Assembly (NCBI GenBank): GCA_023515725.1
Contig: JALDTO010000206.1
Coordinates: 176,442 to 240,441 of the forward strand
Reading direction: 5' to 3'
Length of the DNA: 64,000 bases
From: Amoeboaphelidium protococcarum X5
Lineage: Eukaryota; Fungi; Aphelidiomycota
In this document: positions 40,327-54,981 of the stretch, one piece after another
Position numbering within the stretch: the first letter of the stretch is position 1
Layout of the letters: every line of letters begins with the position of its first letter
The notes under the pieces: model-generated
What the model was told of the DNA's origin: nothing
Database searches by the model: none
The model's input: only the letters and a program-made list of their open reading frames with translations
Position numbers and translations under genes: made by a program

Positions 40327-41415
40327 TCAATACCAATTCGCAGGACCGCCAGCTGTGACATTGGAGTGTTCGCTAGCCTACCTGTTTGGGATGAAGCTCT
40401 CGGTAATGTTGAATTCCTAAATCTTTTTCTACCACTGCGCGTAATCAATTGTCACAAAGTGCTAAATCTTGTTAGCCTCCTTGTTGTGAACGTCCAATTC
40501 TGCATCTGATTTTCGAGCTTTAGTTCTACATTGAGGCACGCCAAAATCATCCAACTCTACCGCCAGCATATCGTCTTTGGCAAGGAACGCGCAATAAAAC
40601 AGATTCTCCACAGACTGACTAAAGCTATGAGGATTGATAACAAGCTCCCAGAAGTTCATAGGCTCATTCATCTTCAGCAGACCGTAGATGTTCATGATAT
40701 TCGCGGTGGCTTCAGTCTGGTTGCCAGTCTCCGTCCCATCGCGGTGCACTTCGGCCGCCACCTTCTTCTCGCCCAAATCTCGTTTCACACGCGCCTTCTG
40801 AACGCGAACTTTCTTCGTCAACGACATGGTGCCGAGCAGAAACGACGCGCGTGGAGCAGTGTGCATGAGCTTGTTGGCCGTTCTGCCCAGTTTGGCAAAG
40901 TCGACATCTTGCTCCTCCTCAATCATGAAAGCAGCGAGACGGCTGATGAAATCTTGAACGTCAAATTACTGAAACGCCTTCTTCATTGCCTTACTTCTCT
41001 TAATTCCAAGCTCTGCACTGGCCGCCAGCAATTTACTGTCTAGTGTAGCCTCATTCGGATTTCTCACCTAGTTATACAAATTATCTGCAGCATCTAAATT
41101 CTTCAAGATGTTTCTGGCATTCATGTGATCTTCATCATCCACTTACTCAATAAGATTCCGGTACCCAACTCTAATATTACGTCTCTCAGTATCGTCTTAC
41201 TCTGGATCATAGCGATCTTCATCTTCATCCGCTTCATCAATGTCCATTTGGTCTTGCTACTCTTACGTCTATTTCTGCACTTGAGGCTCAGGCACGTATT
41301 CGTCTTGCTACTCCATGTCATCATTGTCATCCTGTTCTTTCACAACATGTCTTCGAGAGGATCTCCTTGTAATAGGCTGAGACATTTTCGGCCCTTTAAG
41401 CGATGATGTGGTCAT
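40327..41415 (-). CDS. NSE4: Smc5/6 kleisin subunit Nse4
   Basis: YDPEQD..ERRNIR..YR, EATLDS and INPHSFSQSVENLFYCAFL. Confidence 0.85.
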
Positions 41416-41496
41416 AATGCAGTACTATAAGTGCTACACTAGATGAGCGGTTGAATTAATACCGCTACTGTAACGAACGAAAAGAAGAAAGCTTCC

Positions 41497-41542
41497 ACGC
41501 GCGTTATTTCAGAAAGTTTCGCGCGGCAGCGTTTGACGCGTC
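41497..41542. promoter_or_regulatory. Divergent promoter with CGCG-core motifs (E2F-like TTTCGCGC and MCB-like ACGCGT)
   Basis: ACGCGCGT near 41497, TTTCGCGC near 41517 and GACGCGTC near 41535, between NSE4 and the nuclease-like gene. Function is inferred from motif identity only. Confidence 0.35.
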
Positions 41543-41651
41543 GTTTCGAACCGTCTCGTTTCAAGTCACTTCAGATCATGGCGGCTCTTGCTTGGTGGGA
41601 CTATATCTATTCACACTACTCACACTATACTTATCATTAAAGCAAAGGAGT

Positions 41652-42239
41652 ATGTTTATGTATAGAGGGTATAAGTCATTATCTTTTAGGAAACGAGTGG
41701 TTAAATAATAATCAAGCCATAATAATGCAGATCGAATGTATTTGGACTATACTAATGTGCAGCAGTTGGGTGAAATAATCCAGTAATTAAAATGTCTAAA
41801 CACCGAGTTCCGGGGTTGGTCAAATAATTAGGCCAAGTCTACCGAGTCAGAGGTGATACTTGCCGCCTGCAATAAGCTGATAGATGATGGAGAAGTTATA
41901 AAGCATGTGGCATATCGATAAGTGATCCCACGGTAATTCGGCGGTGGTGTTGCCTGTGAGTTGGATGGCCTGATAGTTCTGGAGAAGGGATTCGTTGTGG
42001 TGGAAGCCAAATCTCATGTAACACTCAACTCAATCAAGTAGCTAGAGAATTCTTGTGCTCATGTAGACCACCTCTATGGAGGTCCTGTTCGAGGAATGCT
42101 TGGAGGTCCTTTGTTCGCTGATAACGTCCAGCAGAGTGCTCTCAAACGAAACATTCACGTTATACTGCTCTCTGGGGGAAGATATAAAACAGTTCATGTT
42201 TCAAGAGATGGCAAAAAGGCTCAAGGTGGTGGGAAATGA
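41652..42239 (+). CDS. PD-(D/E)xK nuclease-fold protein (195 aa), intronless
   Basis: With TAR=Gln: ...NNQAKSTESEV...CELDGLIV...VVVEAK...KQL...VRGMLGGP..., giving the E, D and ExK spacing of restriction-endonuclease-like folds. Confidence 0.6.
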
Positions 42240-42325
42240 ATAATAAATCATATATTACTGTCAAGTACAGTCAAGTTCATATTTTAACATTTCAACACTA
42301 CTCTTTTGTCCTCTCAAGATTGAAA

Positions 42326-43201
42326 ATGTTAAAACTTTTAATCTAGTCCTCAAGCTTGGTTCTGATTGCCTTCAGTTGTATATACGCCTACTCTCTGTTG
42401 GTGCCTTTGCTTCTAAACAATTAGAGCATAAAGTTCTTTCCATTAAATAATTTGGATGATGTCAAATAGCTGTTGCGTTCACTCCAGTAATCGTCTGCTG
42501 ATGATCGACATGTCGGCTTGTTTGTAGCGTACTGTGTGGGCTACCTGATTAAACAGACATTCGCTAGTAATATTTTATGTTGATTGTACATTCTGCATGA
42601 TTTAATCTCATTTTGTACTGTTTGTAATGTGTAGTTCCTGGTAGTGGTCTACTTAATCTATTGGCTGGAGCTCTTTTTGGCCATCTGAATGCTTGGTTTC
42701 TCGTAAATACACTGACCGCTGTTGGATCAACGTTATCCTATATGTTATCATGGCTCTTTCTATCTGAAATCATCGAGCGTATATCATTTCTGAAGAGGCA
42801 AGTGTCCAAATTTAAAAGTCAAGTTGAGACTGCCCGTAAAAATAATGATTTGCTTACGTACATGCTGTTCATCAGAATGTTTCCATTCACACCAAACTGG
42901 CTGGTCAATATTGCCTCTCCTCACGTTGACGTTCCCGTGTGGCCTTTCTTCATTTCGATGCTTATTGGCACGTCGCCATACTCATTTGTAAGATGTATGT
43001 TAGTGTTCGCTGTATATTAAATGTAATAATTGTGTGTAGATTACGACGGGGAGCGGTAAAATGTTGAATGAGATTGAATCTCTGAATGACATTTTCTAAC
43101 CGAAACATTTGGTCACCATAGCTCTGATGGCTTTAGTCATTATGATTCTACCAATATTGAAGAAACGCGTCCAGTCGAGCGTAGATGCAAAGTCGGATTG
43201 A
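42326..43201 (+). CDS. TMEM41: TMEM41/Tvp38 (VTT/DedA domain) membrane protein (introns 42567-42634, 42988-43039)
   Basis: YLIKQTFAIPGSGLLNLLAGALFG and RMFPFTPNWLVN. Confidence 0.9.
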
Positions 43202-43315
43202 ATTTAGTGTGTGAATTTGGACTAATAGATGTTCATGCAGATTGCTATCTAATTTACTTTGAGTTGATCTTTAAATTTCGCCACTCGAAACATTCTAAAT
43301 CAATCAAAATCAACA

Positions 43316-45833
<2,518 letters not shown>

Positions 45834-46276
45834 TTTTAGTTATATTTACTTCATGAAAGACAGGTTGGTTCATAAACTTTGGTATAGAGTATGTAGAAGT
45901 CTTTTTGGAATGTCACGTTGGATCATTTTGCCATAGTAAGTTAGTGATTATGTGGGCCCTTCAACAGCTGCATCGTTCCTGTAAGTATCAATAAATTAAC
46001 ATTTTAATCATCTCATAAGCAGAAGATGTTATTCAATGACTTCTCTATAATTACTTGCATTGCATTAAATTTCAAGTAAATAGATTACGAGATTTAACTT
46101 TAAATCGCTTTCAAAACAGTATTGGTTGCAATGTAAGTAATCCTTTAAGCTGAAGACGTATAAATTCAAAGTTAAAGTATCATGAAAAACTATCTTTTAT
46201 ACTCTTAAACTCTATCCCATTCTTCCATAGTGTCCATAACAGCTGGTAATCCCCAACCAACCTAGTACGTTGAATA

Positions 46277-48019
46277 TCAAAACTTCGATCTAAGTCGCTA
46301 CCAAGATGGTCTTAACCCTTGACTAAATCGGTTTTAAGCAGGCTCTTCACGTAAACTTTCTCCAATATCTGTCTATGACATTTCCGGGGAAGCGTCATCT
46401 ACAGCCTCTGGAATCCCATTGGGCAACGCTAGAATCTCTGATTGCAAAAACCAGGCGTGATTAACATCGCCAACAAGCAATACTGATTATTTGACAACAG
46501 GAGTCCCAACATTAGCATATGGTACGTATGATAATGCCAGGAGCTCAAAATGATTTGGGATATCCAGCTCTTAAATCATTTCAGATAAATTTAATTCCAT
46601 CAATTATTACCAGAGGCCTTCCTTTTCAATAATCAGCTCGACACGTTTAAACGGGCCCAACAGAATTGATTTAAGCAGATCTATCAACTATTTAACTCGC
46701 AACTAGTTTACCATAACTAATATTTTGAAGTCTTGACATAAATTCGGATGTATTTAGTGTTCTTCGAGCATAGTTGGAACACGAGCTAATGCAGAAGCGA
46801 ACATAGTAATGTCCTACGACGACCATAGAATACTCAATGGAGACACGAACGAGAGCGGCTGTAACTTACCCAATGCTACCAACCAAATATAAGAGGGAAC
46901 GAGATAAGTATTGCTAATCAGTTCGCCAGGTAAATACTGGACATTGATAGTTGGCTTGACGGATGATGCAGCTTCGAGCAGATTAATAGCGTGAGGCAAA
47001 TGCAGACTCATTCCATTTTTGCCAACGTTGAACCCAACTAAGTATGTTATCTAACCATCATAAGCTTCTTGTTCAAATAAATTAAAAATCTACCCCATCT
47101 TTCTAGAAAAAAGCGCGTATTACTGTTAGGTTAGACTTTAAATACCAAATATAAGTTCAATCTGACGGATAGATTTCACGAGGTCCAGTTAGGAGCATTA
47201 AATGTCGCTACTCTGCAAAATCTGATGCATGGCAAACTCAGAAGCGGTGAGATATAATTCAAAGCCAACCTCTATCATGTTCTACAATTGACGATTATCG
47301 ATAGCAGACTGAAGACGCTATATCATATCTTGAGACTGATCATCAACCTTGATGAGCAAGTTAACGTCATCACTATTCTCAATTCTCACTGCATCAAGCA
47401 TAAAATATTGTTAAACCACTATAGTAGTCTTCCATCCAGCAACTGAAAACTCCCGCGGATCACGTAATGCCAAACTCTCCAGTGAACCAACGATTCTTAA
47501 CTCGAATTCAGCCAACTCAGCTTCAGGGAGCACTTTTTACAGAATCTTCAACTATTCCAGCAAATTAGCATCTACCTAATCATTGACTCTAATGACATAT
47601 CGTAAACGGTTGTGTTAGATCCAATCCAAAATCAGTCGATTCAATACGTGAAATTCAGTATGAGCACGTTACGCATTAATCATCAACTTTAATGCCTTGT
47701 ACTTGAATGACGAAACTCTACACCACTTTATGATATTGTTCAATTTGGGAATCAGACCACCGCTAGATGCCATCCGGTATTATGAGTATTAATTGCAATA
47801 TGCCATACTGCGTTGAAAATAATGCATCACATCCTCAGTGGGTCTCCATTCAGGCTACTGGTCATGGTGATCTAGCAAAGAGTAGATCCGATTGCCGACA
47901 TCTGTGGGAATCCTTGGTATTAAAACCGGTCCCTCCTCAGTATCAGCGCCATTGCAGATAAACGAGAGCGCAATAATCTATATCAGTATAGCCAGAATCA
48001 AGGTCATAATCAAGGTCAT
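46277..48019 (-). CDS. Signal-peptide protein (580 aa) of an unrecognised multigene family, copy 1, with an F-box-like motif after the signal peptide
   Basis: MTLIMTLILAILIQIIALSFICNG-ADTEEGPVLIPRIPTDVGNRIYSLLDHHD. Frame open to TGA. Paralogs at 61949-63020 and 63507-64000. Confidence 0.7.
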
Positions 48020-48318
48020 ATTCAGCTCTCAAGCAATAAATTTTCTATTATTACTAGATATGAGCATAAGTTGAGCAAAAGGTCTGAGCTTGAATTATTG
48101 AAGTGAGATTAGTTTTTTACCCCTATATCACTTGTAACACGTTAGATAAAGTCATGTGCACCGCGGAAAACAATCCTCATGTCCCACTTCCAAACTCCGC
48201 CTGAATTTCCGTTGGGTCGCGCAATTGGCTATAATAATCGCAGCGTGTAACAAGAAGAACTAGAATATGAAGTGTCTGAAGATTCCGAACATTAATCTAA
48301 ATGTACATTGCGGTACTT

Positions 48319-49307
48319 TCATTTATTGCTCCCCTTATTTTTAGACGATAGATTCTCAGGGCGGAGCAACTACTTGACCATCATGTTCATCGTGTCTAGC
48401 TCCTCCTACAATGGGGTTCCATGGGCTTTCCATCTAATGTTGCCATATTGGTCAAGAAGGAACACCCAACCAATAAGAGAATTCTTGATATCAAGTTAAA
48501 GTCGTTCCTTAGTCAGAGGCCCATAATGCTGCAAGTAAGAGACGTGATCTTTTACGTCAACAGCGGCGCGCAACTATCTTGTGAAAAGCCTCCCGAACAT
48601 TGACATGTACGGACTCTCATAGACAACCACGTCAACAACGCCCACCATTTTCTCATCAGTGGTACCATTTGTAAACTATTACTTGAAAGCATCCCTCCAC
48701 ATTTAAAGCTGAGACTACACAGAGTTGTTTAGATATTGCGTTACTATGTTACAATATAAAACACTAACCTCTCCTGATTATCGCATTTTAATCAATACCA
48801 GACTAGCTTTGGCATCCTGCTATTTTATAATTTTAAAGAGCGAAGTTTTATTCTAATTCAAATCATGTCCAGTAATCTCCGGCATCTTCTGAGCCTTCTA
48901 CACCAATTCAAGAAGTATGAGCTTCTAATTTTAAACGTATGATAAAATATAGTTCTTACCGAGAGAGTGGTCAACTATGACGCGCCAAAATAGTACTTGC
49001 CTTGATTTTACGCAAATTCTACATACACACAATTTAAAGCAACGTCACATATATAAATCAGCCTTGGAGTTATTTAACCTGCTTACCAGTAATCTCGCGT
49101 TTAAAAGACCCAGCATTCAGAGCATTGACTTTTCTACATTGACAGAAGGTGAATATAGGAACGATTAAGCAATCATGAAAATATCACTTACAATCGCTCC
49201 TGCTAATCTTTCAAGCTAAGACGCTTCCTCCAAGGCAGAAAATCCCACAACCACGCTGCATACGGAATATGACGCGATATATCCACTCTGCGCTTCATAT
49301 TCTGCAT
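48319..49307 (-). CDS. ATP10: Mitochondrial ATP synthase assembly factor Atp10 (4 introns; start uncertain)
   Basis: GKYYFGA...KAQKMPEITG and C-terminal LDIKNSLIGWVFLLDQYGNIRWKAHG. Confidence 0.75.
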
Positions 49308-49843
49308 ATTGCTATCTCCTTTAATTTGAAAAGGGACTGGTATCACTCACTACAAGTAAGTAATTGGAATTTCTTCTCCTCGAAAGATTTCAATCGACGT
49401 TGTGAATAAACGGTCGTTGCTTTGGCTAATCGTCGCGCGGTTTTAGCTCTCAAAATCAGTCCAGTCTCTTGATCTTCCATTGAAAGTTCTAGCTTTAACG
49501 CCTAAAGGGAGAATGAATGACAGTAATGAAAACATAAGATGAAAGAGAATAATAAACATAAATTGCAGGTAATCAAACGGATCTAAATGCAGCTTAGACA
49601 TGGATAGAGCGGAGCTTATTAAAAAAGTACTGAGTAAATAACTGATACAATGAAAATGCTTGTAGATGGCTCCCGGGAAGACCTGTCCTATTAAGAAGAT
49701 AACTAATGACAGTGCATGTATTAATAACGGAAATCATATATAACATAAAGACTCAGTGCTGGTGCGCATAAATATAAAATGAAAAAATGAAATGGTGTAA
49801 ATAGCAACAATCTACTGCACTTATTAACTTCATCCTTCACTTC

Positions 49844-50300
49844 TCAGCTGGTTGCCTGCTTCAGGTAAGCAATCAGATCAGCACGCTCTTCAGGCTTCTT
49901 CAAACCAGCAAAGGCCATCTTGGTGCCAGGGATGTACTTCTTTGGATTCTCCAGGTACTCAAACAGAGTATCCTCACTCCAAGTAATACCCTTGTTGACA
50001 TTGGCTGCGGTGTAGGAGTATCCCTCAGCCTGACCAGTCTTACGGCCAAACAATCCGTGCAAATTAGGACCTACATAATGAAATGTAATATAAAGATGAG
50101 GTGAGTTGTAAAAATGACGTCAGATGGATTGGATCATACCCAGCTTGTGCGGTTGTCCCTACATGGTAATAAATGCATTAGATATCAGCCATGAAAATGA
50201 TGAAAATACATATTCTTACCGCTTCCAAAGTGTGACACTGAGCACAACGAGTCTAAAACAGCTTTGCTCCCTTCTTTGTATTTCCTTGTGGAATGCCCAT
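49844..50300 (-). CDS. CYC1: Cytochrome c (introns 50071-50139, 50159-50219; 19-nt middle exon)
   Basis: CAQCH heme motif, [10 protein letters not shown] and YIPGTKMAF. Confidence 0.97.
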
Positions 50301-50556
50301 CTTGTAATAACTAAATCTCAAATTAAATCAATCAATCAGTCAAGCGAGTAATAAAATCGAAAAATCGCAACAAAGAAACTTTCGGATCGTTCGATTTTCA
50401 CACCCGAGCCGCACTCGTTCATCAAGCGATCGCGCTGTTTGGGTTGGTTTAGACGCGCATGGAAACAGCAGATTGGCACTGATCAAGAAGGAAAAGCTTT
50501 AACGGGACACATCATCATCTACTGTATATTATAGTATCAATGTAGTACGTTAAATT

Positions 50557-52512
50557 TCAAAGGCTTACCAACTTGATAAAAGCGTCATGTGGAATTTATA
50601 CTTTTCCGATTTATCGCATCTTCTTCTTGCCTTCTTTCTATTTGTCAAGCAACTTACGCTTTCGAGTCTGGTCTCCGCCGTAAAGCTTGGCAGTCACGTC
50701 TTTTCGGTAGGCACTGATGGTCTCTCGCGCCAAACTCTTACCATTCATAAGAGCTTAGATCTTGACTTCAAATAGATCCCGTGGAATGATTTCTTTCAGC
50801 TTGGCACATATTCTCCTGCCTTTCGATTCTGCTGCAGATCTGTGACAAACGGCAGAAAATGCATCCACCACCTCATTGTTGAGTGCAATCTCAATTTTAA
50901 CCAGATCGGATTCTTTATACTGCGATTCCACGTAATCAAAACTCGCATATCCACTCGTGATAGATTTGAGAGTGGCAAAGAAATGAGATTCGCTCACTTC
51001 AGCCAGTGGAAGTTCATACTTTAATAACAGTCTGTCATTACCAATGTAACTCATATCGATCTGAACACCCCGTCTCTCTTCACACAGTTTGATTACTTCG
51101 CCAACGTACTGGTCCGGGAATATCATGGTGGATTCAATCATTGGTTCTTGAAAGCATTATGTATCAGTATTAAATGTTGGAAACTCGACAGGATTTTCCA
51201 CCATCACGGTCTTACCAGCCAATTCTCGTTTCTTACCGCTAAGGTTGGATTTATATACAACTTTGTAAGGGACTGATGGAGCACAGACCAAAACATCTAA
51301 TCCATGTTCATCTTATATTCTTTATCTCACCACATCCATGTGTAATAAACCTTCAAATCCAAGTCTAAATCCCAGTCCTAACATGGCGCTTTTAGTTTTG
51401 CTGACGTGTCCATTCAGAGACGAGTCTGTGAGCATCAATTTATTCAGAGCATATTAAAGTTGATCAAATTCAGATACTGAGCTTGGGAACAATGATGCAA
51501 AGATTTTCGGAACAGACTTGCCAAGATTAACTTTCGTATCCACATTTATAATTGGTGCAGATGTTCCACTAGCTTGATAAAGAGTGTCCCCAATGATGAT
51601 ATCATTCAGTGATTTGACATTAGATAAGACGAGATATCCAATCATACCAGGCCTAAGGAAAGGTATTGATTAACGTTCCGGATGCATGATACCACAATCG
51701 GTAACTGTATAAGAGTTTTGCGCGTCACCCAATTTGGAGTAAGACGTTATAGTATCACCTCTCCTTATTTCACCTTTCTGAACCACCACTAATATAATGG
51801 GTCCTTCGTATACATCATGCCAGCTATCAAACAAAAGACTTTGCATCTTCAGGCTACTATCCCCAATTGATGACACAGCAGGGCTTCTCACTCTTCCCAC
51901 TACGGCTTTGATCAATTCTTATATACCATGACCAGACTTTGCGCTAATCTGTATCAAATCTCTAGGTTCAATACCAAGAATCTCCTGCAATTCATCAGTA
52001 ACCCTCTGTACATTAGAGTGCGGCAGATCAATCTTATTAAGAACGGGAATAACATCGAGTCCAAACTTCAACTTCGCCAGGTTATAATTAGCCAGAGTCT
52101 GTGCCTGTATGCCTTGTGACGCGTCAACAAGCAACAGAGCACCATCGCTAGCAGTCAGAGATCGTTCAACTTCATGTGAGAAATCATTATGACCGGGAGA
52201 ATCCACCATATTGAGAAGATAGTGTTTAGAGTCATCGGGACATTTATATATCATAGATGCAGTCTATGCCTTCACGGTGATTCCGCGCTCCTTCTCCACT
52301 TTAAGCTTATCCATATAAAGGCCATCACTAAATCTAATTGTACCAGTGTGTTCTAATAATCTCTGCGCGCAGGTAGACTTGCCATGATCTATATGAGCAA
52401 TGATGGTAAAATTCCGTATCCTCTCAGCAGGTATATCGCGCAATCGAGATGCCACATCGCTCTACCATCGTCTTCCATGTATTACTTGCTTAAATCTCCC
52501 ACGCAATATCAT
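50557..52512 (-). CDS. GUF1: Mitochondrial translation factor Guf1/LepA (EF-4)
   Basis: [38 protein letters not shown] and [12 protein letters not shown]. Confidence 0.93.
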
Positions 52513-52742
52513 TACAAACTGAATATGTAAAAATTAATATCACTTCAATCCGATGATAGCTTTGACGTACTGTACTTTGTTCAAGATCGCTTGGTGTAAA
52601 GGCGAGTCACTCTCTTTGATCTTTCAGTCAATTTTTCAATTGTTCGCACAAAGTCGCTTGCTTCAACAGCATTATACTGTACACTCCCAGCTTGTAACAA
52701 CAATTAAAGAGAATCAGCTTCTATAATTTCAATAGGCAAGTT

Positions 52743-54926
52743 ATGAGCAGACTCCCAATTATTAAGCATGTAAGATGGTAGTCGAACAAGGTCAAGTTGG
52801 ACGAAAAATGGTCTTAGCTGGTGAACAAAGAGCTGAAGGGAAAGAAGAAGGCTGAGGACTTGGTGTGGGAAACTATTGAAGGTATCTCTGTAAAACCGCT
52901 GTATACCGCTGATGATACTCGAGATGTCAAGCCTGAGGTGAGCGGAGAGTTTCCGTACACAAGAGGACCTTATGCATCCATGTACACGTTCAGACCGTGG
53001 ACCATCCGTTAATATGCCGGCTTCAGCACCGTGGAAGAGTCCAACAAGTTTTATAAGAAGAATCTGGCGGCCGGTCAGCAGGGATTGAGTGTTGCCTTTG
53101 ACTTGGCCACACATCGTGGCTATGACTCGGACAATCCTCGCGTGGAGGGTGATGTTGGTATGGCTGGTGTGGCTATTGACTCTGTGGAGGACATGAAGAT
53201 TTTGTTTGATGGTGTCCCGCTTGATAAGATCTCCACCAGTATGACGATGAATGGCGCCGTACTCCCTATCCTGGCAATGTTCATTGTAGCAGCTGAAGAA
53301 TCGGGTGTGGATAAGAAACTACTGGCTGGCACTATATAGAACGATATTCTGAAAGAATTCATGGTGCGTAATACCTACATTTATCCACCGAAAGAGAGTA
53401 TGAAGATTATCGCAGATATCTTTGAGTACACGGCCAAGTACATGCCCAAGTTTAATAGTATATCTATTAGTGGATATCATATACAGGAGGCTGGTGCGGA
53501 TAATGTTCTTGAATTGGCTTTCACACTCGCCGATGGACTCGAATATGTGCGTACTGGTATTAATGCTGGTTTAACAGTGGATCAGTTTGCACCTAGACTA
53601 TCATTCTTTTTTGGTATTGGAATGAATTTCTATATGGAGATTGCAAAGCTTCGTGCTGCCAGGAGATTATGGGCGCAGTTGCTTAAGGAGAAGTTCAATC
53701 CATAAAATAGAAAATCTCTGCTCCTCAGAACTCACTGTCAAACATCTGGATGGTCACTGACTGAGCAAGATCCATATAATAATATCATCAGAACAACTGT
53801 TGAGGCTATGAGTGCTGTCCTTGGTGGTACTCAATCTCTTCATACCAATTCATTTGATGAGGCTGTGGGATTGCCAACCGAATTTAGTGCCAGAATTGCG
53901 AGAAATACCCAACTGATCTTATAGATGGAAGCAATGATACCCAAGGTTGCTGATCCTTTCGGCGGCTCTTATATGATGGAGTCTCTGACTGATGAACTGT
54001 GTACTAAGGCTCTGGATATTATTAAAGAGGTCGAAGAGTTGGGCGGTATGGCAAAGGCGGTGTAGAGTGGAATGCCAAAGCTGAGGATTGAAGAAGCTGC
54101 TGCCAAACGATAAGCAAGGATTGATAGTGGAAAGGAGGCGATCATTGGAGTGAATAAATACAAGCTGGAACATGAGACTCCGATAGATGTACTAGCCATT
54201 GATAATACATCAGTGAGGAATAGTTAAATCAATAGACTCAAGAAGATGCGCGCTGAACGTGACACCTCAAAAGCGGAAGATGTTCTTAACCAGCTGACAG
54301 AGTGTGCCAAGTCTGACCAGGGAAATCTGATGGAGTTATCTGTGGAAGCTGCCAGGAGACGCTGCTCGGTAGGAGAGATATCTGATGCTCTTGAGAAAGT
54401 TTGGGGCAGATATCAGCCAACTATTCGTGTGATCAGCGGTGCTTACAAGTCTGAATTCGGTGCAGATCAGGAGATTGAGTAGACTCTGAAAATGGTTGAG
54501 GACTTTGAGCAGAAGGAGGGCCGCAGACCGAGAATCCTGGTGGCCAAGATGGGACAGGATGGTCACGATCGTGGTGCAAAAGTTATTGCTACTGGATTCA
54601 GTGATCTGGGATTCGATGTTGATATTGGACCTCTATTCCAGACACCGGCCGAAGTTGCCAGACAGGTTGTAGATGCGGATGTTCATGTGGTGGGTATAAG
54701 TTCTCAAGCTGCCGGCCACAAGACTTTGGTACCTGCTCTGATTGCAGAATTGAAGAAATTGGGTGTCGATGATAAACTCGTGGTTGTCGGAGGTGTAATA
54801 CCATATTAAGATTATGAATTCCTGAAGAAGGCTGGTGTATCTGCCATCTTTGGACCCGGCACTAGAATTCCAATCGCTGCACAATAAATAATCAAACAGC
54901 TTGAGGGGAAAGTATAGCAGAAATGA
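52743..54926 (+). CDS. MMUT: Adenosylcobalamin-dependent methylmalonyl-CoA mutase, mitochondrial
   Basis: RPWTIRQYAGF (Q=TAA), GTIQNDILKEF (Q=TAG) and B12-binding DGHDRG; intronless, ends at TGA. Confidence 0.97.
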
Positions 54927-54981
54927 ACACTATTATTGAATACTTAATCTGTTATACTGTAATTCAATTTGTCGTATTTGA

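Noticed and set aside
41578-41762. Alternative first exon and intron for the nuclease-like gene
   Set aside because: An in-frame ATG at 41652 gives a single-exon model, and the intron would end in TGCAG, unlike all other introns here.
45852-46130. Short plus-strand frame after ABZ1
   Set aside because: Short, with no recognisable homology and no supportable gene model.
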